Source: Candidatus Latescibacterota bacterium | GTDB lineage: Bacteria > Latescibacterota > UBA2968 > UBA8231 | Reading direction: 5' to 3' | DNA: 64,000 nucleotides | NCBI GenBank assembly: GCA_965261395.1 | Contig: OZ253462.1 | Location: forward strand, 1,760,001 to 1,824,000 | Shown here: positions 1 to 9,849 of the stretch, piece after piece | How the letters are laid out: each line of letters starts with the position of its first letter | Position numbering within the stretch: the stretch's first letter is position 1 | Program-made: the position numbers and the translations under genes | Notes under the pieces: model-generated | What the model was told of the DNA's origin: nothing | Database searches by the model: none | What the model saw: only the letters and a program-made list of their open reading frames with translations

Positions 1-51
1 AACGCAACGCCACCTAGCGCAACAACGCGCCATATAGAAGGAGCCGCTTCC

Positions 52-945
52 ATGCCCATCCACTTCGCTTTCCTCACCGACACTCACCATTACCCCGACG
101 CCCCCGAAGACTACGGCGCGCCCAAGATGCTCACCCGCAGCCAAGAGGTGCTCGACGCGATACCCCCCGCCCTCAATGCGCAGGCTTTCGACTTTGTCGT
201 CCACGGCGGCGACTTTCTCTGCGGTGGGTCGTCCTTTGACCTGCCCACCGATACCTATTTGCGCTCGGTTGACGAGGCGGCTACGGCCTTCGCGCGGATT
301 GAAGCTCCTTTCTATTCAATCCCCGGCAACCACGACTGCGACGCTCAGAGCGGTTCCTTCGCCGGCTTCGCCGCCCGTTTCCCCTATCCCGACCCGCTGA
401 CCGTTGTCGATGCCGCCCCGCGTCTGCGACTGGCACTGGCCAACGTTTTCCACGGCTGCGATGTCTTTGAGAAAGGGTCTGGCGTCTGGACCGACGCGCT
501 CGACGAGGCCCTGCGCGCTGCCGCTTCCCAAGCCCTAGCCGATGGCTGTGCCCTGCTGCTCGTCCTCCACACTTGGATTCTGCCCGACTTCGCCTGGGAC
601 CGTGGCGTGGTGGAAGGCGCGCCTCGTCTAGTCAAAACGCTCGACGAAAGCCCTGCTATCGTCGCCGCCTTCACCGGCCACCGCCACATCAACCGCATCA
701 CCGCCTACCGCGACTACCTAGTCGTCGATACGGCCTGTCTGATCGGCTTTCCTCTGGGATATCGCAGCGTTGTGCTCTCTGACGATGGCTTTTTCAAGAC
801 GCGCTTCCACACCCTCGACCTGCCGGATCTGCTGCGAGATTCCTACGACCGCTCGACGCCCGAGGAGAACCAGGTCTGGGAAGGCCACATCTTCGACCGG
901 GACGTGGACATTCTGCTGCCTCGGCTCAGGGCGCTGTGGAGCTGA
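52..945 (+). CDS. Calcineurin-like metallophosphoesterase
   Basis: Motifs DxH (LTDTHH), GD (HGGD), GNHD, H and GHxH (TGHRH); RBS AAGGAG upstream. Confidence 0.85.
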   Translation: MPIHFAFLTDTHHYPDAPEDYGAPKMLTRSQEVLDAIPPALNAQAFDFVVHGGDFLCGGSSFDLPTDTYLRSVDEAATAFARIEAPFYSIPGNHDCDAQSGSFAGFAARFPYPDPLTVVDAAPRLRLALANVFHGCDVFEKGSGVWTDALDEALRAAASQALADGCALLLVLHTWILPDFAWDRGVVEGAPRLVKTLDESPAIVAAFTGHRHINRITAYRDYLVVDTACLIGFPLGYRSVVLSDDGFFKTRFHTLDLPDLLRDSYDRSTPEENQVWEGHIFDRDVDILLPRLRALWS

Positions 946-1070
946 GTCGCCTACGGCGGATGATTGTCTTGCCAATCGCTTCCTAGCATCTTTAAGGCCC
1001 GTGTAATTGTAGTCTCACAGGCAAATTGGGTGTCTTGCCGAGCGACGCGTTTATGGAAGAGGCCTGCAAC

Positions 1071-1541
1071 ATGACCAAAGCGATCAAATTAAGGGTCAAT
1101 GGGGGAACCCATCGCCTCGATACCGACCCGGACGCGCCGCTTTTGCAAATCCTGCGCAACGACCTTGGGCTCAAAGCCGCTAAGTTCGGCTGCGGCCTAG
1201 AGCAATGCGGTGCCTGCAAAGTGCTGATTGACGGACAAGCCGTGCCCTCCTGTGCCACGCCCGTCTCCGCCGTAGGCGACGCCGAGATCACCACCTTAGA
1301 AGGCCTCGGCACACCCGCTGACCTCCATCCCCTACAACGCGCCTTCATCGCCGAGCAAGCCGCCCAATGCGGCTATTGCAGCGCCGGGTTGATCATCGCC
1401 GCCAAAGCCTTGCTCGATGATAATCCCCATCCCACTCGCGACGATATCTGCCGCGCCCTCGACGTACATATCTGTCGCTGTGGCACCCACAACCGCATTA
1501 TCCGCGCCATACAGCGCGCCGCCCAAGAGATGGCCCCATGA
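1071..1541 (+). CDS. (2Fe-2S)-binding small subunit of a xanthine dehydrogenase family molybdoenzyme (CoxS/IorA-like)
   Basis: KFGCGLEQCGAC...C and QCGYC...CRC motifs; ATG at 1071 after GGAAGAGG; overlaps the next start (ATGA). Confidence 0.92.
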   Translation: MTKAIKLRVNGGTHRLDTDPDAPLLQILRNDLGLKAAKFGCGLEQCGACKVLIDGQAVPSCATPVSAVGDAEITTLEGLGTPADLHPLQRAFIAEQAAQCGYCSAGLIIAAKALLDDNPHPTRDDICRALDVHICRCGTHNRIIRAIQRAAQEMAP

Positions 1542-3682
1542 GCATCGACCCCCTCATTCGCTTCGACCCCGACGGTCAAGTGATACTCAAAGTCGCCCAT
1601 GTCGAGATCGGCCAGGGCATTCTGACCGCGGTCGCGCAAATCGCCGCCGAGGAGTTGGACGTTGACTTCGCGCGGATCCGCGTTGAGCGCGCCGACACCG
1701 AGCACACGCCCACTGCCTCCTACACCGCCGGCAGCAACTCAATCCAGACCGTCGGCTCAGCCTTCCGCCAAGCCGCCGCGGCCGCGCGACATCTATTATT
1801 AGCCAAAGCCGCCGCGGCATTAGAGGTCCCCGTCGAAAATCTCGACATCACAGATGGTACCATCAGCGATGGCAATAACGATACGACCTATTGGGCTCTA
1901 CAAGGCGGCCAGCTCTTCGGCGCGACCGAGCCTGGCATCGGCCAGCCCAAATCACCCACCGACTACACCCTCGTCGGCCGGTCGCTACCGCGCCTCGACC
2001 TACCGGCCAAAATCGCCGGCACCCCTTCGTTCGTGCACGACTTGGATCTGCCCGACATGGTGCATGGTCGCGTGATCCGCCCTCCGACTTACGCCTCTAC
2101 CTTGGCGACCTTAGACCAAGGCTGCGCCGCCGCCCTGCCCGGCGTCCTCGCTATAATCCGCGACGGCTCTTTCATAGGCGTGTTAGCCGAGCGCGAAGAG
2201 CAAGCCGAAAAAGCCGCCGCCGCGCTGCGTCAAAACGCGCGCTGGCATCCAGCCCCGCTGTCCTCGTCAGACGCGCTCTACACCGACCTGCTCGCCAAAC
2301 CGTCCGCAGACTTCCTCGTCGTCGACGGCGTTCCGCGGAACGGGCCCGTTCCGCTGATCGAAGCCCCGCCCCGCGCCGTGCAAACCCTCGACGCAACCTA
2401 TTACCGCCCCTATCACATGCACGCGGCCTTGGGGCCGGCCGCCGCCGCGGCCCTGTGGCAGGACGACCACCTCAAGGTCTGGAGCCATACCCAAGGCGTC
2501 TATCCCTTGCGCGGCTCTCTCGCTTCCGCCCTCGGCTTAACCGACGAGCAAGTCCGCGTCCTCCACCGCGAAGGCCCCGGCTGCTACGGCCACAACGGCG
2601 CCGACGACGTAGCCCTTGACGCCGCGCTTCTAGCCCGCGCCTTGCCCGGCCGCCCCGTGCTGCTCAAATGGTCGCGCGCCGACGAGCACGCTTGGGAGGC
2701 TTATGGCTCCGCCATGGTCGTCAAGACCCAGGCCAGTCTCGACGCCGCGAGCCAGGTCTGCGATTGGAATCACGACGCCTATAGCTACTCCCATTCGAGC
2801 CGCCCCAGGCCAATCGACGGTGCCTCCAACCTGCTCGCCGCCCGCTATCTCGCCGACCCGCTGCCCCCACCGACACCCAGCCCCGGCAAGGGCTCCCACG
2901 GCGGCATCCACCGCAACGCCGACCCGCTCTACGCCTTTGCTCACCGCCGCGTCGTCAAGCACTTCGTGCCCGACTCGCCGCTGCGCACCTCGCCGCTGCG
3001 CACCTCGCCGCTGCGCACCTCGGCGCTCCGAGGATTGGGTGCCTTCGCCAATGTCTTCGCCATCGAATCCTTTATGGACGAACTGGCTTATGCCGCTGCC
3101 GCCGACCCCGTAGAATTCCGCCTGCGCCACCTCGAAGACCCGCGCGCCCGCGCTGTCATCGAAGCCGCCGCCACAGAAGCCAACTGGCGTTCCGGAGTAC
3201 GCGGCAACGGTCGGGGCCGCGGCCAGGGCCTCGGTTTTGCCCAATACAAAAACGCCAAGTGCTATGTCGCCGTCGTCTTCGCTGTCGCGGTAGATACAGC
3301 AAGCGGTCAGATCCACCTCGAAAACGCCGCCATAGCCGGCGACGCCGGCCAAATCGTCAACCCCGACGGCCTGGCCAACCAGCTCGAAGGCGGCGTGCTA
3401 CAGGCCGCTAGTTGGACCCTCAAAGAACAGGTGCAATACGGCCCCGACGGCATCACCAGCCGCGATTGGGAGACGTACCCCGTCTTGCACTTTGCAGAAA
3501 TCCCCCCCGTCTCGGTCAAACTGCTCGACCAACCCGGCTCGCCCAGCCTCGGCAGCGGCGAAGCCGCCCAGGGGCCGACACCCGCCGCCATCGCCAACGC
3601 GGTCTTCGATGCCGCAGGGGTGCGATTGCGCCAAATGCCCTTTACGCCGGAGCGCGTCGGGGCCGCGTTGCGGGAACTATAA
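1538..3682 (+). CDS. Molybdopterin-binding large subunit (IorB/nicotinate dehydrogenase B-like)
   Basis: EIGQG, LRGLG, ESFMDELA, NPDG..NQLEGG, GSGE and IANAVFDA.G.R motifs; coupled to the 2Fe-2S subunit. Confidence 0.9.
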   Translation: MSIDPLIRFDPDGQVILKVAHVEIGQGILTAVAQIAAEELDVDFARIRVERADTEHTPTASYTAGSNSIQTVGSAFRQAAAAARHLLLAKAAAALEVPVENLDITDGTISDGNNDTTYWALQGGQLFGATEPGIGQPKSPTDYTLVGRSLPRLDLPAKIAGTPSFVHDLDLPDMVHGRVIRPPTYASTLATLDQGCAAALPGVLAIIRDGSFIGVLAEREEQAEKAAAALRQNARWHPAPLSSSDALYTDLLAKPSADFLVVDGVPRNGPVPLIEAPPRAVQTLDATYYRPYHMHAALGPAAAAALWQDDHLKVWSHTQGVYPLRGSLASALGLTDEQVRVLHREGPGCYGHNGADDVALDAALLARALPGRPVLLKWSRADEHAWEAYGSAMVVKTQASLDAASQVCDWNHDAYSYSHSSRPRPIDGASNLLAARYLADPLPPPTPSPGKGSHGGIHRNADPLYAFAHRRVVKHFVPDSPLRTSPLRTSPLRTSALRGLGAFANVFAIESFMDELAYAAAADPVEFRLRHLEDPRARAVIEAAATEANWRSGVRGNGRGRGQGLGFAQYKNAKCYVAVVFAVAVDTASGQIHLENAAIAGDAGQIVNPDGLANQLEGGVLQAASWTLKEQVQYGPDGITSRDWETYPVLHFAEIPPVSVKLLDQPGSPSLGSGEAAQGPTPAAIANAVFDAAGVRLRQMPFTPERVGAALREL
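2974..3022 (+). repeat. In-frame 15-bp tandem repeat (CTCGCCGCTGCGCAC x3.3, encoding SPLRT x3)
   Basis: Read directly from the sequence: three perfect copies plus CTCG. Confidence 0.95.
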
Positions 3683-3717
3683 AATTCCCATCACATCTTT
3701 CTCTGAGGAGTAATCCC

Positions 3718-4524
3718 ATGAGCCGCGATCTTCCCCGGACAATGTTAGGCCGCACCAATCTCGAGGTTACCCGATTCGGCATCGGCGGCACGTATTGCGA
3801 GTCGGTCGATGGGTATAGGGCGGCGCTCGATTGTGGCGTCAACTACGTCGATACGGCACGCAGCTATCAGGGCGGTGAAGACGAGAAGTTGATCGGCCAA
3901 GCGATCGAGGGCCGGCGTCACGGTCTCATCGTAGCCAGCAAATCCGCGCGGCGCGACGCCGCAGGGGCGTGCCAAGAGTTGCAAACCTCTTTGCGTGCGC
4001 TCAAAACAGACTACCTCGATATTTTCCAGCTCCACCATTTAAACACTGAAGAAGAACGCAACCAAGCGCTGGCCCCCGGCGGAGCATTAGAAGCCGCCCA
4101 ACAAGCCCGCGAAGAAGGCCTAGTGCGCTTTATCGGCGTCACCGGACACGATTGGGTGCAAGTTGAACAGGCGGTCCGCACCGGTCATTTTGATACCGTA
4201 CTTTGCTGGTATAATTGCGCGATGAAAGAGCCGGAAGAAACGGTTTTTCCCGCAGCACAGGCCGCCAATACCGGCGTGGTGATCATGAACGCCTCGCGCA
4301 ACGAGCGGTTGCTAAAAGGTCCCGGCGCGCCCGCCCCTGAACAATTCTATCGCTACGTGCTCAGTCACGACGCCGTGCATACCACGGTCATGGGTTTGCG
4401 CAATGTCGATCTCTTCGCACAAGTTGCCGCTGGTTTGGCAGAGCGCGAGATACTCACGCCCCAAGAGCGGGCTGAGCTTGAATCCTATGGAGCACAACAG
4501 CGGGCGTCCGGGGTGCTGGAATAA
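3718..4524 (+). CDS. Aldo/keto reductase
   Basis: LGRTNLEVT.FG.G, DTARSY, LKTDYLD.FQLH and G.VRFIGVTGH motifs; RBS GAGGAG before ATG 3718. Confidence 0.92.
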   Translation: MSRDLPRTMLGRTNLEVTRFGIGGTYCESVDGYRAALDCGVNYVDTARSYQGGEDEKLIGQAIEGRRHGLIVASKSARRDAAGACQELQTSLRALKTDYLDIFQLHHLNTEEERNQALAPGGALEAAQQAREEGLVRFIGVTGHDWVQVEQAVRTGHFDTVLCWYNCAMKEPEETVFPAAQAANTGVVIMNASRNERLLKGPGAPAPEQFYRYVLSHDAVHTTVMGLRNVDLFAQVAAGLAEREILTPQERAELESYGAQQRASGVLE

Positions 4525-4640
4525 GTGCCAACAGCGAGAACTGGATGGTTAAGCCGTTCACTGGTAAAACCGGCTGCGCTCGGCTCGCAAATGCTTACAA
4601 AAGGAGATGTTGAAGATGTGGATAGGATGCAGCGGCCCCA

Positions 4641-6173
4641 TCAATGGCTGGCGATAAAGGCATTGAGAAACGGCAAGAGCATACCCACCAATCCCCCCAG
4701 TACCGCCCCCAGCAAATTGATATAGCGCAATTGGTCGCTGATGATATCCTTGATCAGACGCTCCACCCGCAACAAGTCGAACTTCATAATCTTGGCGTAT
4801 ACCATGCTTTGGATATCGAATCGTTCAATCAGTACGGGTACATTCACCTCCAGTAGCTTTGTCGCCTTTTCCTGTGTCCACTGAATCAGCGCTTGCTCAT
4901 CATCTCGTCCTAGGCCGGTCCACTCCCGCAACGGCGCGCGACTGTGCTGTAGGCGTTCCCGCAAGAAAGTGCTCAACAGCACACTCCAGGGTTCAATCTT
5001 ATCGCGGGGCAACCGCAACGCCTTTGACAAGCGCTGGCGCATGGTGCGTCGCACCCCCTCTGGCACCCCCTCGTCGAGTTGACGCTTGCTGTGCTGATGG
5101 TACTGGAGGCGCAAAAAGCTCCCCAGTGCTTCCTGCGCCTCCACGCTCGAAATCCAAGTCGCAGTAATAGAACCGACGCGCTGGGCCAAAACATGGCGGT
5201 GATCTCCTACCACCTCTACTACTGGCTTGCGCAATAAGGCGTTGACACTATCGAGTAGCTGCCTAGCGATCTGCTCCCGAACTTCCTCGCTGTGCAAGTA
5301 CTCTCGGGCCAATCGGGGAATGCGCTGGTGCAATGCTTGGGTGATCTCTTCCCGGAAAAAGTGCAATCCCAAATTGGTAATGAGACTCTTGAGCCAATTC
5401 GCTTGTCCGGCGTATGTCTCCAGAGCGTTTAAGATTCGCTCGACCAGAGACTCCACATTCTCGGGATCCCTCAGCCAGCGGGCTATACGCTCCAGTATTT
5501 CTGGGATTTCGCGCTGCAAACGGTCGTGCAATACATCGCGCAATTCCGCAGGGAGGATTTGCTCTATCGGCGTATCCGATCCGAGATAGCCTTCCAATCG
5601 CTCCTGCAGGGAATGCGTCAGGTGCTCTCGCGTTTCCCGCTTGGCCAATACGCCGCTAACCGCGGAAATGAATTCATCGAGCTGTTCTGCCGACAGCACC
5701 TGTCCGACTTGCAACTCGCCCAAGCGTGCTTCCAGCGCGTCCAAAAGCCACTGCTTTAACTCCAGTCCCGATTCGCTTTCGCTCCAATCGGCGATCCATT
5801 TGAGCAATCGTCGCGTTGTTTTATCCAAGCCCTCCTCGCGCCAGTCCGGCGGCAATTGAGCAAAGCCAGAGGCCAGACTGGCACTTAATAACCGATCTAT
5901 CTGAACGGCGACAAAGCGATGCAAACTCTCCTGCAAAGTCGCGTTCTGTAGCTGCTCTAACAAATAGTCTCGAGCCAATAAATCGGTCCCCACAACCTTG
6001 GAGATATTGCTGGCTAGTTTCTCCTTATTGCGCGGAATAACCCCTTGCCAGCCTAGGCTGTACCAGCGCGGTCGCAGTGGACGGAACAGCGACTTGATGG
6101 CCAGCCAGTTGGTGCCAAAACCGATTAGTGCCCCCAGCGCGGCGCTGGCGACGATTTGGCTTGCAGTGATCAA
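4641..6173 (-). CDS. DUF445 family membrane protein
   Basis: N-terminal GALIGFGTNWLAIKSLFRP...GVIP and C-terminal L.YINLLGAVLGGLVG are typical of DUF445/YheB. Confidence 0.88.
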   Translation of the reverse strand: MITASQIVASAALGALIGFGTNWLAIKSLFRPLRPRWYSLGWQGVIPRNKEKLASNISKVVGTDLLARDYLLEQLQNATLQESLHRFVAVQIDRLLSASLASGFAQLPPDWREEGLDKTTRRLLKWIADWSESESGLELKQWLLDALEARLGELQVGQVLSAEQLDEFISAVSGVLAKRETREHLTHSLQERLEGYLGSDTPIEQILPAELRDVLHDRLQREIPEILERIARWLRDPENVESLVERILNALETYAGQANWLKSLITNLGLHFFREEITQALHQRIPRLAREYLHSEEVREQIARQLLDSVNALLRKPVVEVVGDHRHVLAQRVGSITATWISSVEAQEALGSFLRLQYHQHSKRQLDEGVPEGVRRTMRQRLSKALRLPRDKIEPWSVLLSTFLRERLQHSRAPLREWTGLGRDDEQALIQWTQEKATKLLEVNVPVLIERFDIQSMVYAKIMKFDLLRVERLIKDIISDQLRYINLLGAVLGGLVGMLLPFLNAFIASH

Positions 6174-6316
6174 TAGGAAATCTCCTATTTATATCGTTTT
6201 TAATTGGGGACAAAAATCGAGGTTGAAACCCACAGCGAAACTTGGGCCTGTCCGCGGCGACGGTCAACAACCGGCTGCGCTCAGCTCGCAAACACCTACG
6301 CAAGGAGATGCTGAAG

Positions 6317-8014
6317 ATGGCTAAACGGGAATTGCCGGGACAGGCCCCTTCGCGCGACGAGCGCTTCGCGCAGCGGGTCGCGCATCTGCTCCAGCCCGAA
6401 GACATGAAGACTGAGCACTACCAATACGGAATCGAGGCCGTGGACGGGCATCAGGCATGGGCGCTCTTTTGCGCCAGCGGGGCCGGCGATCTGGCGCGGG
6501 TCAGCGCGTTGCTCGACCGCGACCCCAAATTGGTCAACGCCCAGTACTGGTACCAGTTTCCCATCCACATGGCAGTGCGCGAGGGCCATGCCGAGGTGGT
6601 CCAGCTATTGTTGCAGGCTGGGGCCGATCCGGGCCAGTCGCGCTATACCTATAATTCGTGGGACAAGCTACTAGCCATCGCCGAGGAGCGCGGCTATGGG
6701 GAGATGCAGGCGCTGCTGGTGGCGGCGATGCGCGAGCGCTTTGGCTACGATCCGGGTTTTGTCGCGCTGGCCGAGGCCATCAAAGGCCGCGACCGAGCGC
6801 GGGTCGAGGCGGTGCTATCCGAGCATCCCGACTTTATCCGCGCCGCCGACGCGCTGGGCAATGGGCCGCTGCACTGGGCGGCGCTGACGCGGCAAAACGA
6901 CTTGGTGGATTTCTTTGTCGCACGGGGTGCCGACCTCGAAGCCCGCCGCGCCGATGGCCAGACTCCGCTGTTGGTCTCGCTCAACGGCGACTACTGGTTT
7001 CGGACGCGCGATCTGCCGGCGGAAGCGCCGCAAGACCCGTGGGTTATCACCCGCCACTTGCTCGCTTGCGGCGCGGAGTACGCCCTGAGCATCGCCTGTG
7101 CGGCCGGCGATGAAGACCGCGTCAATCCGGTGCTGGCGGCCGATCCGGCCCATGCCCGCACCCTCGATGCCGGATGGCGCAGCCCGTTGTCCTATGCCGC
7201 TTGCAACGGTCATACCCGAATCGTCGAAAAACTGCTGGACTTGGGTGCTGATCCCAACCGGCCCGAAGAAAACGCGCCGCGCGGCGGAGCGCTCTTCGGC
7301 GCTTGCGCGGGCAACCACTTGGAGACGGCGAAACTGCTTCTCGAACGCGGTGCCGATCCCAACGCCGGGGTGGACTCTTCGGGCTCGTGCTTGACCATTG
7401 TCGAGGTCAGGCACGGCAAGAAAGGCCAACAAATGCAGGCCCTGTTGCGCGAACACGGTGCCGTGATGCCGCCGTTTGCCATGGACGACGCGGCGCTGGA
7501 ACGGGCTATGCGTGAGGGGGAGGCTCCCGTTGCGCACCCACAATTCTTGCACGAATTGATGGGACGGGACAATCCCGCGCTCATTGGCGTCTTCTTGGAA
7601 ATCACGCCGGATGTAGGCGACCTGTTTCAACTGACCGACATCTGGGGCGGCAACTACCCTTCAGACCCCGATACAATCCGCGCCTTGGCCGACCGCGGCC
7701 TCGACCTACATCGCGCCAACTGGATCGGCCGCACCTTTCTGCACGGCTGTGCGGAAAAGGGCGATGTGGCGGCGGCTCGCGTCTTTTTGGAATTGGGGGC
7801 CGATATAGAGGCGGTCGAGTTGGAATACGGGGGGACGCCTTTAGCCGCTGCGGTGCGCAAGGGGCAGGCGGAGATGGTGCGGTTTCTATTGGAGCAAGGC
7901 ACCGATCCGGCCGCGCCGGCCGAGTCACCTTGGGCGCAGCCGCTTTATTGGGCGGAGAAGGAAGGGCATGGGGAAGTGGCGGCGCTACTCAAAGGCGGGG
8001 AAGGCGCTGCTTGA
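6317..8014 (+). CDS. Ankyrin repeat protein, preceded in frame (from 6242) by an ECF sigma region-4 remnant
   Basis: Multiple G.(T/P)LH.AA..G...V..LL..GAD repeats; RBS AAGGAG near ATG 6308/6317. Confidence 0.88.
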   Translation: MAKRELPGQAPSRDERFAQRVAHLLQPEDMKTEHYQYGIEAVDGHQAWALFCASGAGDLARVSALLDRDPKLVNAQYWYQFPIHMAVREGHAEVVQLLLQAGADPGQSRYTYNSWDKLLAIAEERGYGEMQALLVAAMRERFGYDPGFVALAEAIKGRDRARVEAVLSEHPDFIRAADALGNGPLHWAALTRQNDLVDFFVARGADLEARRADGQTPLLVSLNGDYWFRTRDLPAEAPQDPWVITRHLLACGAEYALSIACAAGDEDRVNPVLAADPAHARTLDAGWRSPLSYAACNGHTRIVEKLLDLGADPNRPEENAPRGGALFGACAGNHLETAKLLLERGADPNAGVDSSGSCLTIVEVRHGKKGQQMQALLREHGAVMPPFAMDDAALERAMREGEAPVAHPQFLHELMGRDNPALIGVFLEITPDVGDLFQLTDIWGGNYPSDPDTIRALADRGLDLHRANWIGRTFLHGCAEKGDVAAARVFLELGADIEAVELEYGGTPLAAAVRKGQAEMVRFLLEQGTDPAAPAESPWAQPLYWAEKEGHGEVAALLKGGEGAA

Positions 8015-8016
8015 GG

Positions 8017-8700
8017 TTAGAGCGTTATCGTCCACCAGTGGTACTCTCCCTTTAATTCTGCTTGATCTAGCAATGCAGCGTCCAGACGGGACGGATCGGC
8101 GATCAGGGCACCGCTGGGGCCGCGACCCTCTCGGGCGCAATAGGCGCGGGCCTGTTGCACGGCACGGCGCTGAGTCTCTGGGCTAGCGTCGGCAAGCCCT
8201 TCGAGCCACACGCCGCGATAAGTGATAGTATCGACCGGCAGCAGGCGGACGGGATCGGTCTTGCCGTTGGCGGCACTTGCTTGCGGTGGCCAGATATAGA
8301 GGCTGTATGAGCGCCGCTCGGTTGCATAGCCGCAGTGGGCAAAGCAGCTCTGGCTCGGTGCGTTGTCGGCGCGGATGAGCGCGCGCGACAGGCGAAATCC
8401 ATGGCGGCGGGCTGTCGTCCAGGTTGACTCGATCAAATGTCGGCCATAGCCGCGGCCTTGGCTTTGCGGATGGACGGCAAGGCTATCGACAAACCAAGGG
8501 TTGTCTGCCGCGCCGTCTAGGGAGAAGGCGGAAACAAAGCCGGCGACTTCGTCCCCTTCGACAGCGACGTGGAGGTCAATGGTGGGGTCGGCGATCTGGC
8601 GTAGGCAAACTTCGGGTTCGATCTGCTCCGCGAAGGCTGCCTCGCAGACCCAGGCGATGCCGGAGATATCGCTTGCGGTGGCGTGGCAGACAGCACGCAT
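8017..8700 (-). CDS. GNAT family N-acetyltransferase
   Basis: LAVHPQSQGRGYG acetyl-CoA motif A and N..S..F...GY motif B. Confidence 0.85.
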   Translation of the reverse strand: MRAVCHATASDISGIAWVCEAAFAEQIEPEVCLRQIADPTIDLHVAVEGDEVAGFVSAFSLDGAADNPWFVDSLAVHPQSQGRGYGRHLIESTWTTARRHGFRLSRALIRADNAPSQSCFAHCGYATERRSYSLYIWPPQASAANGKTDPVRLLPVDTITYRGVWLEGLADASPETQRRAVQQARAYCAREGRGPSGALIADPSRLDAALLDQAELKGEYHWWTITL

Positions 8701-8781
8701 TAAGAAATCATGATTTCGTCGGTTCTTCGTGCTTTCCCCGTCTGGTCCAGTGCCGGGGCAAAAATCGTCGGGTCGAGCTTC

Positions 8782-9390
8782 TTACGGAATGGGTGCGGGC
8801 GTAGGATGCAGATTCGCAATTCGCTCAATGAGTCCCGGTCGTTCCTTTAAGCGAGCATATTCACGGGAATCTGGCTCGAGCCCAGCGGCAAGGTCTAGTC
8901 CTCGTTCTGCTTCCCGCTGGAGGAATGAGCTAATCTGACGGACGGCCCAAGCCACAGGGTCCCCATCCTGTGGGCTATGAAAGGCAGCGCGGTCGCGGAT
9001 AGATTGCCAGACTGAACGCAGAACCCGCTCCTCGTCTTGTCGGAGAAAGAACAGCGGTAGAACAATGGTTTGGAGATCTCCGCCGGCCTCGCGCAGATTT
9101 TCTTCTAATAGATAGGCCCACACGAGTTCCACTATCCCCCAGCCTCGTGGCTGATCCAGCATTGCATTGGTTACGAGGAAAACGGTATGACGACATTTCA
9201 ACACTCCGTCCCGAAGTGCCTTGAGCGAAGGGCGACCGTATGGATAATCGTGACGATCAACCCAAGGGATGATGGCTTCTTGGCGCAATGATTCGTATAA
9301 AGGGTCTATCAGCCATTCCATATCCTCGCGACAGTGGGATAGAAACACGTGATAGGCACACTTAGGGAAAGACTGGAGCTGCCAGAACAC
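8782..9390 (-). CDS. TIR domain protein (TIR_2-like)
   Basis: YHVFLSHCRED, PWVD, LRDGVLKCRHTVFLVT and W..VEL with the conserved catalytic Glu. Confidence 0.85.
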   Translation of the reverse strand: MFWQLQSFPKCAYHVFLSHCREDMEWLIDPLYESLRQEAIIPWVDRHDYPYGRPSLKALRDGVLKCRHTVFLVTNAMLDQPRGWGIVELVWAYLLEENLREAGGDLQTIVLPLFFLRQDEERVLRSVWQSIRDRAAFHSPQDGDPVAWAVRQISSFLQREAERGLDLAAGLEPDSREYARLKERPGLIERIANLHPTPAPIP

Positions 9391-9400
9391 GACTGCTTTT

Positions 9401-9724
9401 CTACGTTGGCAGCGCAGGCAACTCCGGCACTTGGACTACCGGGGCGCTTCGGCCGGTAATGATACTGATCAGGCGCTCGCCAAGCTGAGTCGGATGCACA
9501 AAAATTCTGTGTTTAATCTCGACTAGGTTACGCTGCTCTAGCTGCTCGCAGGCCAAGATGATTTCACCTAAGCGGAAGCTGTCCAAATCTGCCGCAAGGG
9601 TTTGAAACGCTAGACCGTAGCCCTGTCTGCGGTTGGGTTCCATCCGCGGAAAGGCGGTCAGGATTTCTCGATAAATGGATGGGAGCGATTCAGCATAGCT
9701 TTTCAGTTGTTCATCGGTTACCAT
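9401..9724 (-). CDS. Small hypothetical protein, probable winged-helix fold
   Basis: RBS AAGGAG; the pattern CEQLEQRNLVEI....VHPTQLGERL resembles a wHTH wing; 10 bp upstream of the TIR gene. Confidence 0.7.
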   Translation of the reverse strand: MVTDEQLKSYAESLPSIYREILTAFPRMEPNRRQGYGLAFQTLAADLDSFRLGEIILACEQLEQRNLVEIKHRIFVHPTQLGERLISIITGRSAPVVQVPELPALPT

Positions 9725-9849
9725 ATTGCGTCTCCTTGCTACCCTCGGTGATCAAGGCCGTTTTATTCTTGTGTTCCGGTGGCACGGTGAACCTCATACC
9801 CTGAACAGTGAGTCGTCTCAATTAGAACTTGGGATTTATAGCTATGCGG

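Noticed and set aside
1891-3352. Long alternative-frame and antisense ORFs (e.g. 1891-2619, 2630-3352, 6815-7630, 39310-40278)
   Set aside because: These are Arg/Pro-rich shadow ORFs expected in high-GC coding DNA, with no recognisable motifs.
3412-3717. Extended N-termini given by the ORF track (3412, also 20706, 21427, 28903, 38888, 46295, 54742)
   Set aside because: They overlap neighbouring genes; downstream starts with RBS or family-consistent N-termini fit better.
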